A DNA stretch of 64,000 nucleotides from the human T2T-CHM13v2.0 reference genome, Homo sapiens. This document shows positions 12,623 to 24,699 of this stretch, piece after piece (the first letter of the stretch is position 1; each line of letters opens with the position of its first letter). The translations under genes and the position numbers were made by a program. The stretch is from assembly GCF_009914755.1 (NCBI RefSeq), contig NC_060930.1. One strand, 5' to 3'. The notes under the pieces are model-generated. The model was not told the DNA's origin, ran no database searches, and was given only the letters and a program-made list of their open reading frames with translations.

Positions 12623-14174
12623 CGATGCTAGGCAGGGAAGCCTGAGAGAGAGAACACACGATGATTTCACCGCCTGAGTCAGCATCGATGCCAGCTCGGT
12701 GGAAAGGCTGTGAGGTCCCTATCATGGAGCTGCTGGCAGTAAGGAGAGAGGGGCTGGGCAGGGAAGCCCACCCTTCACATTCCAGAGAGTCACTGGGAAA
12801 GGAACGGACAGAGACACAGGGGAGAAGGCAGGGCCGGGCTGCCCCAGTGAGAGGAAATCACCGGGGCAGGGGCTGAGGGGAAGGCTGGTCAGGGCAGCCC
12901 TGCTCCCACCTGCAGGCCCGGCTGGCAGCAGGCTGTGAAGTCTGGGCAGACTTGAAAGGGTCAGCGTGGGCTCCCAGCCACCTTCTCCAGGCCTCAGCGG
13001 CCTGCAGGCCGAGGGGAGAGTGAGTCATCCTGCCCTCGGCCCGTGTGGCAGAGAAAGGAGAGCACTGAGTTACTGGCCTGAGGCAGGGCCCTGAAGAGCC
13101 AGGGGCCTGTGGTCAGCAGAGGGGCCTGTGGACTGGGGAGGGTCTGTGATAAGAACCGAGGATCTGTGGTCAGCAGAGAGGCCTGCGGTCAGCCCACCCA
13201 AGGGCTGACACCACCAAATGGAGTACTGCATTGCTGGTCAACTGGTTTTTAAATCACCATGGACTAACGATCAGCCAGTAACCCCTCCTCCCACGTCAGT
13301 TCAGTCGAAATAAAGACACGTCTCCTTGGACATCTGGGTTGAAGGATGGGTGAGGTGTGGCCCGCACCCTCCACCTTGCATTGCGTCTATTGGGAAACAG
13401 GTGCTTCTCCAATAGCCTTGGTTCAGGAGTAAAACAGATGCCTTGTGGCTGGGGGCTGCGGAGGGCAAGGTGGGGAGGCAGGTTTGGGACAGGATGACAG
13501 TGGTGGGGATCAGCACAGCGTCTCCTGTAATCGGTGCTAGAACAGATCTCAGGAAAGCCAGGTTTGCACCCAGCTGGCCCTGGAGCCCACACTCAGGAAG
13601 CCGGTCCTCCTGGTGCTTCTTCAGCTGAAGCATTACCTTGAAGGACTTCCCAGGTGCAAAGCGATGAAGGAATGGCTGGAAGCAGAGTTTGACATGGAAA
13701 AGTCCTCACCACAAAGGGGGCTCAACAGGGAACGTAGCCTGAGCCCTTGCTTCTGTCTTTTGTGAACTGTGAGTGGTTTCTCCCTGGTGCGATGTGTCTG
13801 TACGTGGCTCTGGGAGAAATGATAAGCTTAAGCCAGAGATTTTTCAGTACTGAGCTTATTTTTAGAAAGGAAGATGCAAGTTCACTTTCTCTGTTTGCTT
13901 TCACAAGGACAGACACAGAAAGAAAACCTTTGGAACAGGAAAAGAAGAGCTCTTTTGACAAAGCAAAGGAGGATCACAGAGTTCCAGCCCTGGGGGCTGC
14001 GTCTGGGGGTTTCCTGGCATTAGAGGAGCTGATGGTGAATTTTCCCTCAACCATCACCGGAAATGTGAAACTCAGTGGAGCTCCCTGTTCCCACAGGGTC
14101 ACATTCAAGCACAATTCAAATATGAATACAGTAAAATCATGAGATCCCAGCTACTCTCAACAAGGCTTACCCAC

Positions 14175-14690
14175 AGCGTTTGTGGATTTTGTGCCAGGCA
14201 CTGAGCTGGGTGCTGGATATGGATGGGTCTTGTCTGTGATCTACGGAGCCTGCTGTTTAGTGGGGGAGACACAGGTTAAAGCAGTCCTTCCAATAAGTAT
14301 GCAGATGTTAACGGGGAAGGTGCAGCAGCGCCGTGTCCATCTGAACCTCCTGTGATCAAGGAAGGGTCAGGAGGAAATCTGATTTTGACTGAGACCTGAG
14401 AATGACTAGAATCAGCTGGATAAAGAGGGTGTGTGGGGGAGGATGTTCCAATGTCTATACAAACCTGCAATAGAAGAGAGGAGCGTCCAAGAGATGGAAA
14501 CAAGGTCAGCTAAAGCAGGGGAATGAATGTGAGACAGACTTGGTGAGCTGAATCACATCCACTCAGGTCACAGGGCCTGAGCCACCTGAGGGGTTGGGCT
14601 TTGTCAGGGATGTCTTGGAGAGTTTTAAACAGGGCCTGACCTGTTCACTTTCCCATACCTGGCACCTTCCTCCGGAGTCTGTGTGGCTGA
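14175..14690 (-). mobile_element. L2 LINE fragment
   Basis: GTGCCAGGCACTGAGCTGGGTGCTGG...TAGTGGGGGAGACAC is typical of the reverse-complemented L2 3' region. Confidence 0.55.
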
Positions 14691-15019
14691 CGAACTGGAA
14701 ACATGACATCAGCAAGGGGAGCCCTTGGGCCTGGGGAGGGTCACCCAGAGAAGCTTCCCGTAGCGTCTGGAGTCGGGCAGGTGCTGGTGGAGGAGATGGG
14801 CAGGGATCAGGTCAGCGGGCCTAGGGAAGCATCCCTCATCTAATTAGAAAGAGCACAGTCATTCCTCATCTCAGCTGGTGGTCTGAAAAGGAGATATTTG
14901 GAAAATCAGTAAGTATCTTTTTAATTTCTCAGGAATTCGGCCTAATTTAAATGAGAAGTGTCCCAGTGAGAAAACCAAGGGGTCTTGCCGCCTCTCAGGG
15001 TTTCCCCAATATCTGCAGA

Positions 15020-15480
15020 CCCAGATTACAAACAGCAGCCCCTCAGCTTGCATTCTGCCCCTTTCCTCCTGTAGAAATGGGGGCATGCAAAGTGTCTGCA
15101 TTGAACTAGCAGGGGCGTTGGCCACCATCACCCAGGTTTGACAGCCTCAAAGGCGGCCAGAGGAGGGGAGCCTCACGGTGCAAAAGCAGAAGGTGCCAGG
15201 TGCACCCTATGGAGGCAGCTGGCTGGGGAAGATGGAGGCAGGGAACTGGAATCAGGGCACCCTGCAGTGTGGGGTGCACACTTGGCTTTCTCTGTTTGGT
15301 CCTGAGTTGGAAGCAGGGACAAAACCTAGGCAGCTGTCAGCTATTCATCAAGTCCCGGCCGTCTTGGGTCTGTTGTCACAGGGGTTCCCGCTTGGCATCC
15401 TGGGCTGTGGGTCAGAGTTCCGTCTTTGCACATGGCACTGTTGTCCGTTTCTGGGTTCAGTTTCCCCCTCCCTCCAGTGA
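15020..15480 (-). mobile_element. ERV solo LTR (MER90/MER110-like)
   Basis: TTGGCTTTCTCTGTTTGGTCCTGAGTTGGAAGCAGGGACAAAA...TCAAGTCCCGGCCGTCTTGGG is the reverse complement of the same family seen at ~2600-2690. Confidence 0.5.
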
Positions 15481-17032
15481 TCCTGCAGGAGGTCTCGAAT
15501 GCATGCGTGCACGTCAACACCCCCACTCTCACTTCCAAGCACCCCTCTACCAGAGCCTCCTGTTGAGACTTGGGGTGCACACTGGCAGCACGGGTGGGCC
15601 TTGGCTGTCTGAGCAGGGGTAGGCTGGTACAGACCCTGCCAGCCCAAGACATGGGGCAGGAATTCCAGGTCTGGGCATTGGCTTGGCCTAGAGAGTGGGC
15701 ATGGGGCTGGGTGGGTGGTCAGTCCCTCTGCCCTGTGGAGCCTGTGCCCCATGGAGAGGGCAGCAGCCAGAGGGCTCCAGGCTGGGCCCCCACAGTGCAG
15801 CACCCAGGCCAGGCCCTCAGTGTGGTGATGCAACCATGGGGGTTTCAGGAGGTCACCAAGTCCCTGCTTGTACCGGGTCCCGGGTCTCCCACTGTGAAAT
15901 GAGGCCTGGGCAGGTGGCTGTCATTGCTTGGCTTCTGCCAAGGAGACCCTGTGTGGAACTCCAGTGTATACACATGTTAAAAAGGGGCAGTTCTGCAGGA
16001 AGCCTGGCTCTCCCCCAACAGCCATGGCCACTTGTTCCCAAGGTAACTTCCTGAGGAGTATGTGAGGTTTTGTGGAAGACAAAAACCAAACACAAATCCA
16101 CCACATACATGTGGGGTTACAGCATCGATACATCAGTTCTCAGGCCAGCTTTCCATTCCTCGGATTCCATGTTTCTTCAACAAGCAGGTCCCAAACATGT
16201 TCTGCTGAAGAACCGTGGCCTTTGGGTGATATTCCACAGAGCCTGCTCAAAAACAGGGCCGGGGCTAAGTTCACTTCCTTGGGCTCTGGAGTCAGCATTC
16301 TAATTGTGGAGTCAGCATTCTAATTATTCTAATTATGGTGAGACCTTCCTCTTCTCTCAGGCCTTCGCCCTTCACCCACCAAGCCCTCGTCGTTCCTCTT
16401 CAACCCCAGCATCCCCCTGGGTTCCTGTGCAGGCCTCGGCTTCCAGGAACCCTGCCTTGGAGTGTGTGGTTGGCTCTGTGACCGGCAAGCAGGAGGCCAC
16501 GGCTGTCCCACCCTCAGGGCTCTCACATGGTGAGTGGCTTGGAGGACACCCTCCATGTGGAGCTCAGGGCCACCACCCCGACAAGGCCTGCAAGCGTGGG
16601 CTTGTGCCTATCACTCATGCCTTCCCGGCTACCTCGGCCCAGTGAGAGTTGAGCACTGCGCTGAGCGCTCACAGCTGGGTCCCAGGATCCAGCTCCGTGA
16701 GGCTGCCCAACGCAGAGCAGAGGGCAGAGGCAGCCTGGGTGGCCCAGCCACTGCCCCAACCTGAGGTCTCCCAGCAGCACCAGGTCTGGAAAATGCGAAT
16801 CCCAAGAAACATAAAAGAAACCCTGAGGATCACAAAGAAAGCTGCGCTCTTGAGAAACAAATACATAAACAAAAATAAAAAGGAGAAGAGAAGCAAGTTC
16901 GGCTTAGGTAAGGAGACGAAAGAAAAAATCTTTTATTTATGATCAAACATGCAGACTCCTCTGAGAATGTGCAACACAGGCACCTTTTTCCCCTTTGCCT
17001 GCGTGTGCAGCAGTTCTCATCAAGAAACAATT

Positions 17033-17229
17033 CTCTCTCTCTCCCTCTCTCTGCCCAGCCTTCCTCTCCATCCTCTCTCTCTCCCTCTCTCTGCCCAGCC
17101 TTCCTCTCCTTCCTCTCTCTCTCCCTCTCTCTGCCCAGCCTTCCTCTCCTTCCTCTCTCTCTCTCTCTGCCCAGCCTTCCTCTCCATCCTCTCTCTGTCC
17201 CTCTCTCTGCCTAGCCTTCCTCTCCATCC
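17033..17229. repeat. Pyrimidine-rich ~40-bp minisatellite (CTCTCTCTGCCCAGCCTTCCTCTCC core), 5 copies
   Basis: Repeated GCCCAGCCTTCCTCTCC core between CT runs. Confidence 0.9.
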
Positions 17230-17477
17230 CAACAAGAAACAGTGCATAGCAGCAAACAATGGCACTAAGGAAAGAAATCAAACTCTTTAAAGATTCCACA
17301 AAATACTCACTCTGTCCCCCACCCCACCTCCTATACCAGTTTTGCTGTGAATAATTAATGCTTTGGGTAGATTTTTAATCTTCTGAATCTGAGCCCTTGA
17401 CCTGAGCCTTTGGAAATGAAGATGAACATGTAACCACTGTCATGGAGAGGGCCCCTTTTCTGTAGCTGAAGGTGAGG

Positions 17478-17790
17478 TTCCTGGAAGCACAGGGCCCTTG
17501 TTTCACCCTCAGTGGGAAGGGGGCTTCCTGGAAGCACAGGGCCCTTATTGTTTCACCCTCAGTGGGAAGGGGCATTCCTGGAAGCACAAGGCCCTTGTTT
17601 CACCCTCAGTGGGAAGAGGGATTCCTGGAAGCACAAGGCCCTCGTTTCACCCTCAGTGGGAAGGGGCATTCCTGGAAGCACGAGGCCCTCGTTTAACTCT
17701 CAGTGGGAAGAGGGATTCCTGGAAGCACGAGGCCCTCTTTTCACCTTCAGTGGGAAGGGGGATTCCTGGAAGCACAAGGCTCTCGTGGGG
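17478..17790. repeat. 47-bp minisatellite, ~7 copies, with TTCCTGGAA and GTGGGAA in the unit
   Basis: TTCCTGGAA at 17478, 17525, 17575, 17622, 17669, 17716 and 17763. Confidence 0.95.
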
Positions 17791-17889
17791 AAGGGGGGGG
17801 CACCTGCTGCACCATCGGAGGTTTTCTTTTTCATTCTCACTCATATGAACACAACACAGGCACCTTTTCAGTGTTTGTAAACTACCCTT

Positions 17890-18130
17890 TCTATTCCGAC
17901 CATACATGTGAACACTTCCATTACTGGGATGGTCCAGTCTATTCCAAACATACATGTGAACGCTTCCATTACTGGGATGGCCTGTCTATTCCAACCATAC
18001 GTGCGAATGCTTCCATTACTGGGATGGTCCCATCTATTCCGAACGTACATGCAAACGCTTCCATTACTGGGATGGCCTGTCTATTCCAACCATACGTGCA
18101 AACGCTTCCATTACTGGGATGGTCCTGTCT
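17890..18130. repeat. 47/48-bp minisatellite, 5 copies, alternating as a 95-bp dimer
   Basis: TCTATTCC at 17890, 17938, 17985, 18033 and 18080; invariant CTTCCATTACTGGGATGG. Confidence 0.95.
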
Positions 18131-19087
18131 CAGCTGAGCTTCACTTTGGGCAAAAGCTGACATTTCCTGGCTTTGTAAGATGGTGAGAAAGACTTAGTTA
18201 ATCCCAGGGTTGGATGAATTTATGAAAAAAGAAGTGAGTGGGGGTGGTCTTAATAGATTCTACAACTTTCTGCACAGTGAGACAGATTTGCCTATTATTT
18301 TTCTGATTTTGAAGAAAAGATTAGTTCTTAAATGAAGAGGTGGTATTTTTTATAATGAAGAGGTTGAGATGCTACAGCTTTATACACACACCCCTCCCCC
18401 GGCAAGTCAGTACAAATGCTTTACCCCTTCAACATAAACTCCATTTTCCCGCGTAGCTCTGCGCAGATTCTCGAGGAGACTGCTTCCGGCTCAGGGACGC
18501 CAAGTGCAGCAGCCGACGCTGCAGAGGCTCTCGCGGACAGGGCCAGGGGTGCCCGCCCCATCAGGACAGCACCTGAGTTATGGATGACGATCCCCTCCAT
18601 ATAGAAACCAGGCAGTGCCAATATTTCGTGGTTCCTCAATTATCTACCCCCTCCCCTCTGGGCCATCCCCAAAAGCGGGCAGATCCAATCATGCAGCCCC
18701 ATCCCCACTCTTGCCACTGTACCACTGCTCACTGTCTAAGGCCCCTTAGCGTGGACCCAGTTCACAATTTCACAGATGAGCTTTGGCCTTAGTACACAGG
18801 ATGCTCTCCACAGGCCTGGCTGTGTGTGCTGTTACTGAAATGGAAATAACAGCTTACGGACTGAAGTTGGTTTACACTACTTGAAAAATTCAGTCAAGCT
18901 TGGAAACAAAACCTTGTCTGTTAACATGTACACACCAAGTTCAAACAATACTGGCTCCAGTGCTGAGTAAACTCAGAGCCCTTCAAAGCTGCAAGGCTTT
19001 CCGCAAAAGTACATGGCTCAGAAAAAAAGAAACCCTGAATCCAATTCACACAAAAATGCGAAAGCCCCGGGGCAGCCGGCTGTCAGA

Positions 19088-19725
19088 CTAACCTGCACCC
19101 GAAATTTCTGGATAGAGTAGATGTCTTTGGGATGTTCTAACCTGCACCCAAAATTTCTGGATAGAGCAGCCTTCTTCGGGATGTTCTAATCTGCACCCGA
19201 AATTTCTGGATAGAGCAGCCTTCTTCGGGATGTTCTAATCTGCACCCGAAATTTCTGGATAGAGCAGCCTTCTTCGGGATGTTCTAATCTGCACCCGAAA
19301 TTCCTGGATAGAGCAGCCTTCTTCGGGATGTTCTAATCTGCACCCGAAATTTCTGGATAGAGCAGCCTTCTTCGGGATGTTCTAATCTGCACCCGAAATT
19401 TCTGGATAGAGCAGCCTTCTTCGGGATGTTCTAATCTGCACCCGAAATTTCTGGATAGAGCAGCCTTCTTCGGGATGTTCTAATCTGCACCCGAAATTTC
19501 TGGATAGAGCAGCCTTCTTCGGGATGTTCTAATCTGCACCCGAAATTTCTGGATAGAGCAGCCTTCTTCGGGATGTTCTAATCTGCACCCGAAATTTCTG
19601 GATAGAGCAGCCTTCTTCGGGATGTTCTAATCTGCACCCGAAATTTCTGGATAGAGCAGCCTTCTTCGGGATGTTCTAATCTGCACCCGAAATTTCTGGA
19701 TAGAGCAGCCTTCTTCGGGATGTTC
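19088..19725. repeat. 49-bp minisatellite, 13 near-identical copies
   Basis: Unit CTAATCTGCACCCGAAATTTCTGGATAGAGCAGCCTTCTTCGGGATGTT. Confidence 0.98.
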
Positions 19726-22208
19726 AAAGCAACTTTCAGGAATTTTCAATCATCAGAAGCAACCCCCAAAGTGGCCGTTATCGAATGATTTTAAAAAGAT
19801 ACACAGTTGGGAGTGAACTGAATATTTATTACTCCTTTCATGAACTGAATCTAATCTGCTACAAACCATTCTTCTATTTAAAGCATACTGTATATTTGAG
19901 AGGTAGGAAAAACAGTTTATCAAAGATGTAATCCAATATTCACTTACGCAGCTGAATACAACTTGTAGCCTTGAATGACCACTGAGTGATTTTCCTACAA
20001 CCAACGCAGTGTAGGAGGGTTGGGGCAAGAAGGTGGATTTCTTTTGAATCTGAGAAGCTGTGTGGATTGAGGGCATCACACCTCAGCTCTCAGATGCCCA
20101 GAATCACAGGAACACACCATCTGATTCCTCCTTATTCGTGTGGCAGCTACGACAGCTTCAGACGTGCACAGCACAAGCACCGCCCCTAACATTTCCACTG
20201 TTATCTGTAAACCATAAAAGCAGAAATGCAACCTGCACATCATGGGCTTACACTCCCAGGCTCCCCAAGCCTGCATCTCAAATACAGCCTCGAATCCAAC
20301 TTTCAGCCAGAAACATGGAGGTGGAGGAGGGTGAGCCCCATTTCATAGAGGAGAAAATGTAGGCTCAAAGGGTGACACAGAACTGAATCCACTGCTGGAT
20401 GTCTCCAAAGTCTGTGTTAATTTTTAATAGACCATGTTGCTTCCCAATTAAATCAGAATTACTTCTAGGGAGTTGGTAATTCTCATGTCTGAGCATCAGA
20501 GTTGTTCATGTTGCATTGTTACAGTGACACACCTAGGAGATGCACAGGGAAAGCAGTGCATACACATTGGGTGTGTGTAAATTTGTACTCCACTCTATCT
20601 GCAAAAAAGGCTCCTGTAAAATATGCACACAATTGTATCCTGAGCCCTGGGCAGTGTGTGAGGTGTAATTGATGCTGTAAAATATTTTTGATAAGGTATT
20701 CAGAGTAAGACATTCCATACAGAAAGTCCTGTTACTTTATATTAAGATTCTATAATTCACGGACTGGAGAGATGTTGCTTAAGAGCTGAACATTCTATGG
20801 AATTTAAGAGTCTTTGGGAAAGTTATTAATTTGTGAAATGCAGTGCTGTTCTGAAAAGCACAGCTCCAGTTATATACACCAAATTGTGCCTATTCGCTAT
20901 TTTTTCACTGATGAATGAGGTGAGAATGATCGAAACAAGAATAACTTATTAGAGTTGTCGCTATTACAACTTAGTTTTGAAGTAAAGTGCTGATGCTAGA
21001 AAACCTGAGCTCTGTTTCTCACCCATCGCTGGCTCATAAAGACTATCTTAGTGTTATTTGCTCAATGGGGGATTTCCTGCACTGTTTACATAACACTGCG
21101 CTTTTATGACGAGCTCTGTAATTATTTTTAGCCACCTTAATGGCTCTCAGAGGAGAGCAAAATCCTGGTGTTCATGGGACAGATGGAGGGTGAGGGCCAG
21201 GGAGGTCAGTGGCTCTCGCGCTGCCATTTCTCTGCAAGCTCAGGAAATTAGTTCCAGGGCTGGACTGCATCCAGGGATCGACATCAGCTCTCTGGGCACC
21301 GCCCTCACGCCACTGTTGCCTTGCAAAGGGAGGTTGTGAGGCTTTGATAATGCCAGAGAGATGGCTGCTCTGTCAGGGCAATAAAGGCCTGAGGCATAAT
21401 TGTGGAAAGGGAGCTTTTCAACCCTCGCTGCTGGCTTCGGCTTCGGCAGAGCCACCTGATGCCAAGGAAGAGGGAATTCAGGATTCCCCCCACCCCACCA
21501 TGTCACGTCACTGTGGACAGCCCTCATCCTGGAGAAAACTGGCTGCCAAGCAACCCCTGCTCCTTGCAGATGTGGGCATGCACCTAGCATTTCCATTGCT
21601 ATGTAAATCCATATCACAAAGTCCACAGAGTATCCTTGGTGTCAAATATGTCAAGTTTGGAAAATGCCGTTGGGTAATGAAATCAATAAGGTAACAAATA
21701 GAAATAAAAATGTATATTGCAGCGCTTAGATCAGACATTTCTAGATAACAATGTTTAAACTGGAAACCTCAAATTGTTGTTAAGTTAGAATAAGCAAACC
21801 TCACATAGTTTGTGGTTTTAGGCTAGAAATAATTGCCGCATTAGACCAACAAACAAAGAAAAACATACTTAGAAGTCCCACCAGCCTAGAGCTAAGTAGG
21901 TCCTTGAGGTGGGCTTTGACCCGCTGGCTGTGTTTCCTGGGGTGCCTGTGCGTCCTGGGCGGTGGTGAAACCGGCTGCCTTGGTGCCTGGGTGGAGGGTG
22001 ACTGTGTTCTTACTGACACCATCTGGAGGTCTGATGCCGAAGAGCCCTATGCCTCCCCCAGCCCCCAAAGGCCGTTGATTGGAACTGGCCTCTTTGATGA
22101 CTGGCGGCTTTTCCTGGGGCTTTGTGGTGGCTTTTAGAAGGATGGTTACTGACTGGTTGGAGGATTATTTTTCTCCTTGCACTAAATTTTTATGAGAAAA
22201 AGAATATA

Positions 22209-22842
22209 CAGCAATCTTTGCTGTTCTGCAGCCCCCGCTGGTGATACCTAGGCAAACAGGATCTGGAGTGGACTGCCAGCAAACTCCAACAGACCTGCAG
22301 CAGAGGGGCCTGACTGTTAGAAGGAAAACTAACAAACAGAAAGGAAGAGCATCAACAAAAAGGACGTCCACTCAGAAACTCATCCAAAGGCCACCAACAT
22401 CAAAGACCAAAGGTAGATAAATCCACGGAGATGGGGAGAAACCAGTGCAAAAAGGCTGAAAACTTCAAAAACCAGAATACTTCTTCTCCTCCAAAGGATC
22501 ACACCTCCTCACCAGCAAGGGAACAAAACTGGACGGAGAATGAGTGTGATGAATTGACAGAAGTAGGCTTCAGGAGGTGGGTAATAGCAAACTCCTCCAA
22601 GCTAAAGGGGCATGTTCTAAGGCAATGCAAGGAAGCTAAGAACCTTGAAAAAAGGTGAGAGGAATTGCTAACTGGAATAACCAGCTTAGAGAAGAACACA
22701 AATGACCTGATGGAGCTGAAAAACAGCACGAGAACTTCATGAAGCACACACAAGTCTCAACAGCCGAATCGATCAAGCAGAAGAAAGGATATCAGAGACT
22801 GAAGATCAACTTGATGAAATAAAGCATGAAGACAAGATTAGA
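22209..22842 (+). mobile_element. L1PA (L1PA7/8-like) internal fragment: end of 5'UTR plus ORF1 N-terminus
   Basis: ORF 22431..22658 MGRNQCKKAENFKNQNTSSPPKDHTSSPAREQNWTENECDELTEVGFRRWVI is L1 ORF1p, with a premature TGA at 22656-22658. Confidence 0.9.
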
Positions 22843-24699
22843 ATACACGGATGATTGCTTTGAAAAATAAAGCTGGTTCATTGCCACACAGGATCTAAAC
22901 CTATCAATCTAATGACTTACTGAATTATTGTAAATATTTATATATGATTTCATGATTTTATTAAGTCATTTGCTCAACACACAATGAGGGCTCTCCTGTC
23001 CCAGTGGGGCAGAGTCCAGGTCACAGTCTCCATTGTAACTAATCCTCCACGCACAGTTGGGTTTCTGCCCCTGTCCATTTTAATGGCCCTAGACTCACAG
23101 TGCCATTTCTGCTCTGAGCCTAAGCTGCTCCTGGGCAGGATGTCCTCTCCCAACTGCGTGAGGCTGGTGCAGTGCACAGCACTTGGTAGGTGGGAAACTA
23201 TTCTCATGAATGAATGAGTGAATAAAATGTGGGTGCCGTATGGTGCCAAAGTGCACCTGTCCATGACGTATGTTTGTTGTGAACAGGAGCAGTATCCAAA
23301 CATCATGAGGTCTGTGCTGTCTTAGTTCAGGGATGGGAAGTCGCTCCCACAGAAATCCAGGGGAGCTTGCATTGGCTATGACAGTGTGATGGGAACCCAC
23401 GTTTCCACAGCGCAGTTCCGCTGGTATAGCTCAGCCCTGTCGGGGACGCCTACACTTCAGGAAGACAGGAGAAGCCAGTGCCTTTCCCATCTCAGAGCCT
23501 TTCCCGTCTCGAGGACTCTCGCCCAGGGAGGGACGGGTGTGGGGGGGCCCGGATCAGTGCAAGCCACTGTCTGGGTTGCTTACATCTCCTGGGCTTCTTT
23601 CCCTCCCAGAACCTGCTCTACCTACCTATGAAGGCTGCAGGGAGCTTCATGCAGCTCAGGAATTTTTCCAGACCAAACACAAAGGTGACAGATGAGAAGA
23701 ACCTGAGGTGGCAGTTAGGGAGGACTGTGGGTTAGGAAGGACTCTCGGTTAGCAAGGACTGTGGGTTGGTTCGTGGTCTGGGAGGTGAGGGCAAGAAGCC
23801 TGGGCAGCCTGGAGGCGGCCACTGCTGAAACCACCCCAGGTCTCAGCTTCACTCAGCAAGCACTGTCTGAGGACCTCCCAGCACCCGGGCTGGGCAAGGC
23901 CCAAGAGGAACCGGTGGGCGGTGATGAGAAGCCACCTGCCACGGCTGGAGCTCTGTCTGCACAGAGGGCTTTGCTCACAGCCTGAGAATCAACGTTGGCT
24001 CTTCCACAGGACGAAGGCACAGACTCGCTGCTAAAGGGGACGGACACACCAGCCAGGAGACAAAGGCTTGTGACTTTTATGGCCAGAACATAACACAGCT
24101 TTGAGGTTTTTTTTTTCTTTCAGATTTAGAAAAGAAGGGCAGTCAACAGGCCATCACTTGCCCTAACCTTTTGTCTCAGAGGTAGCCTGGAGATCCCAGA
24201 CATGAGGACATGGACGCATGCCCCATCCACCTCAAAATCTCACGGGTCCAGAGCTCTCAACCAAAGGCCAAGCCAACCTTCGCTCATCTCGTAGATCAGC
24301 CCCTCCTGGACCCCTCACCCAGATGGGAGCTCCCGCCAGAATACAGACTCTGGAATCCAGGAATTCCCATCCTGAGCAATAACAAAATCACCCCAAAAAA
24401 GAAGGTGGCTTCACCATGCCTTCCCTTGGAAAAGGCATTTTGCTGACAAATGTGTGTTTTTTAGTTTTCCCTCAATACCTCACTGCTCTAAATCATCATA
24501 AAGAATTTTAATTGCTGTCAATAAGTAGTTTTGAACATGGCTTCCCAGAATGACTGTGTATTTTGACAAGTTTCAAAAAAATGCCTTACCCTTTCTGACC
24601 TTAATTTTTTCTCTACTCTTAATACCTTAAAAATAGCTATAGTTTTATTACTATTATATCAGTAGTTCTGTTATTTATCATCAGATCAAAAGCAAATGT

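Noticed and set aside
19088-19725. CRISPR-like appearance of palindromic direct repeats (also at 55646 and 58081)
   Set aside because: Head-to-tail units with no unique spacers, no cas genes and a human context.
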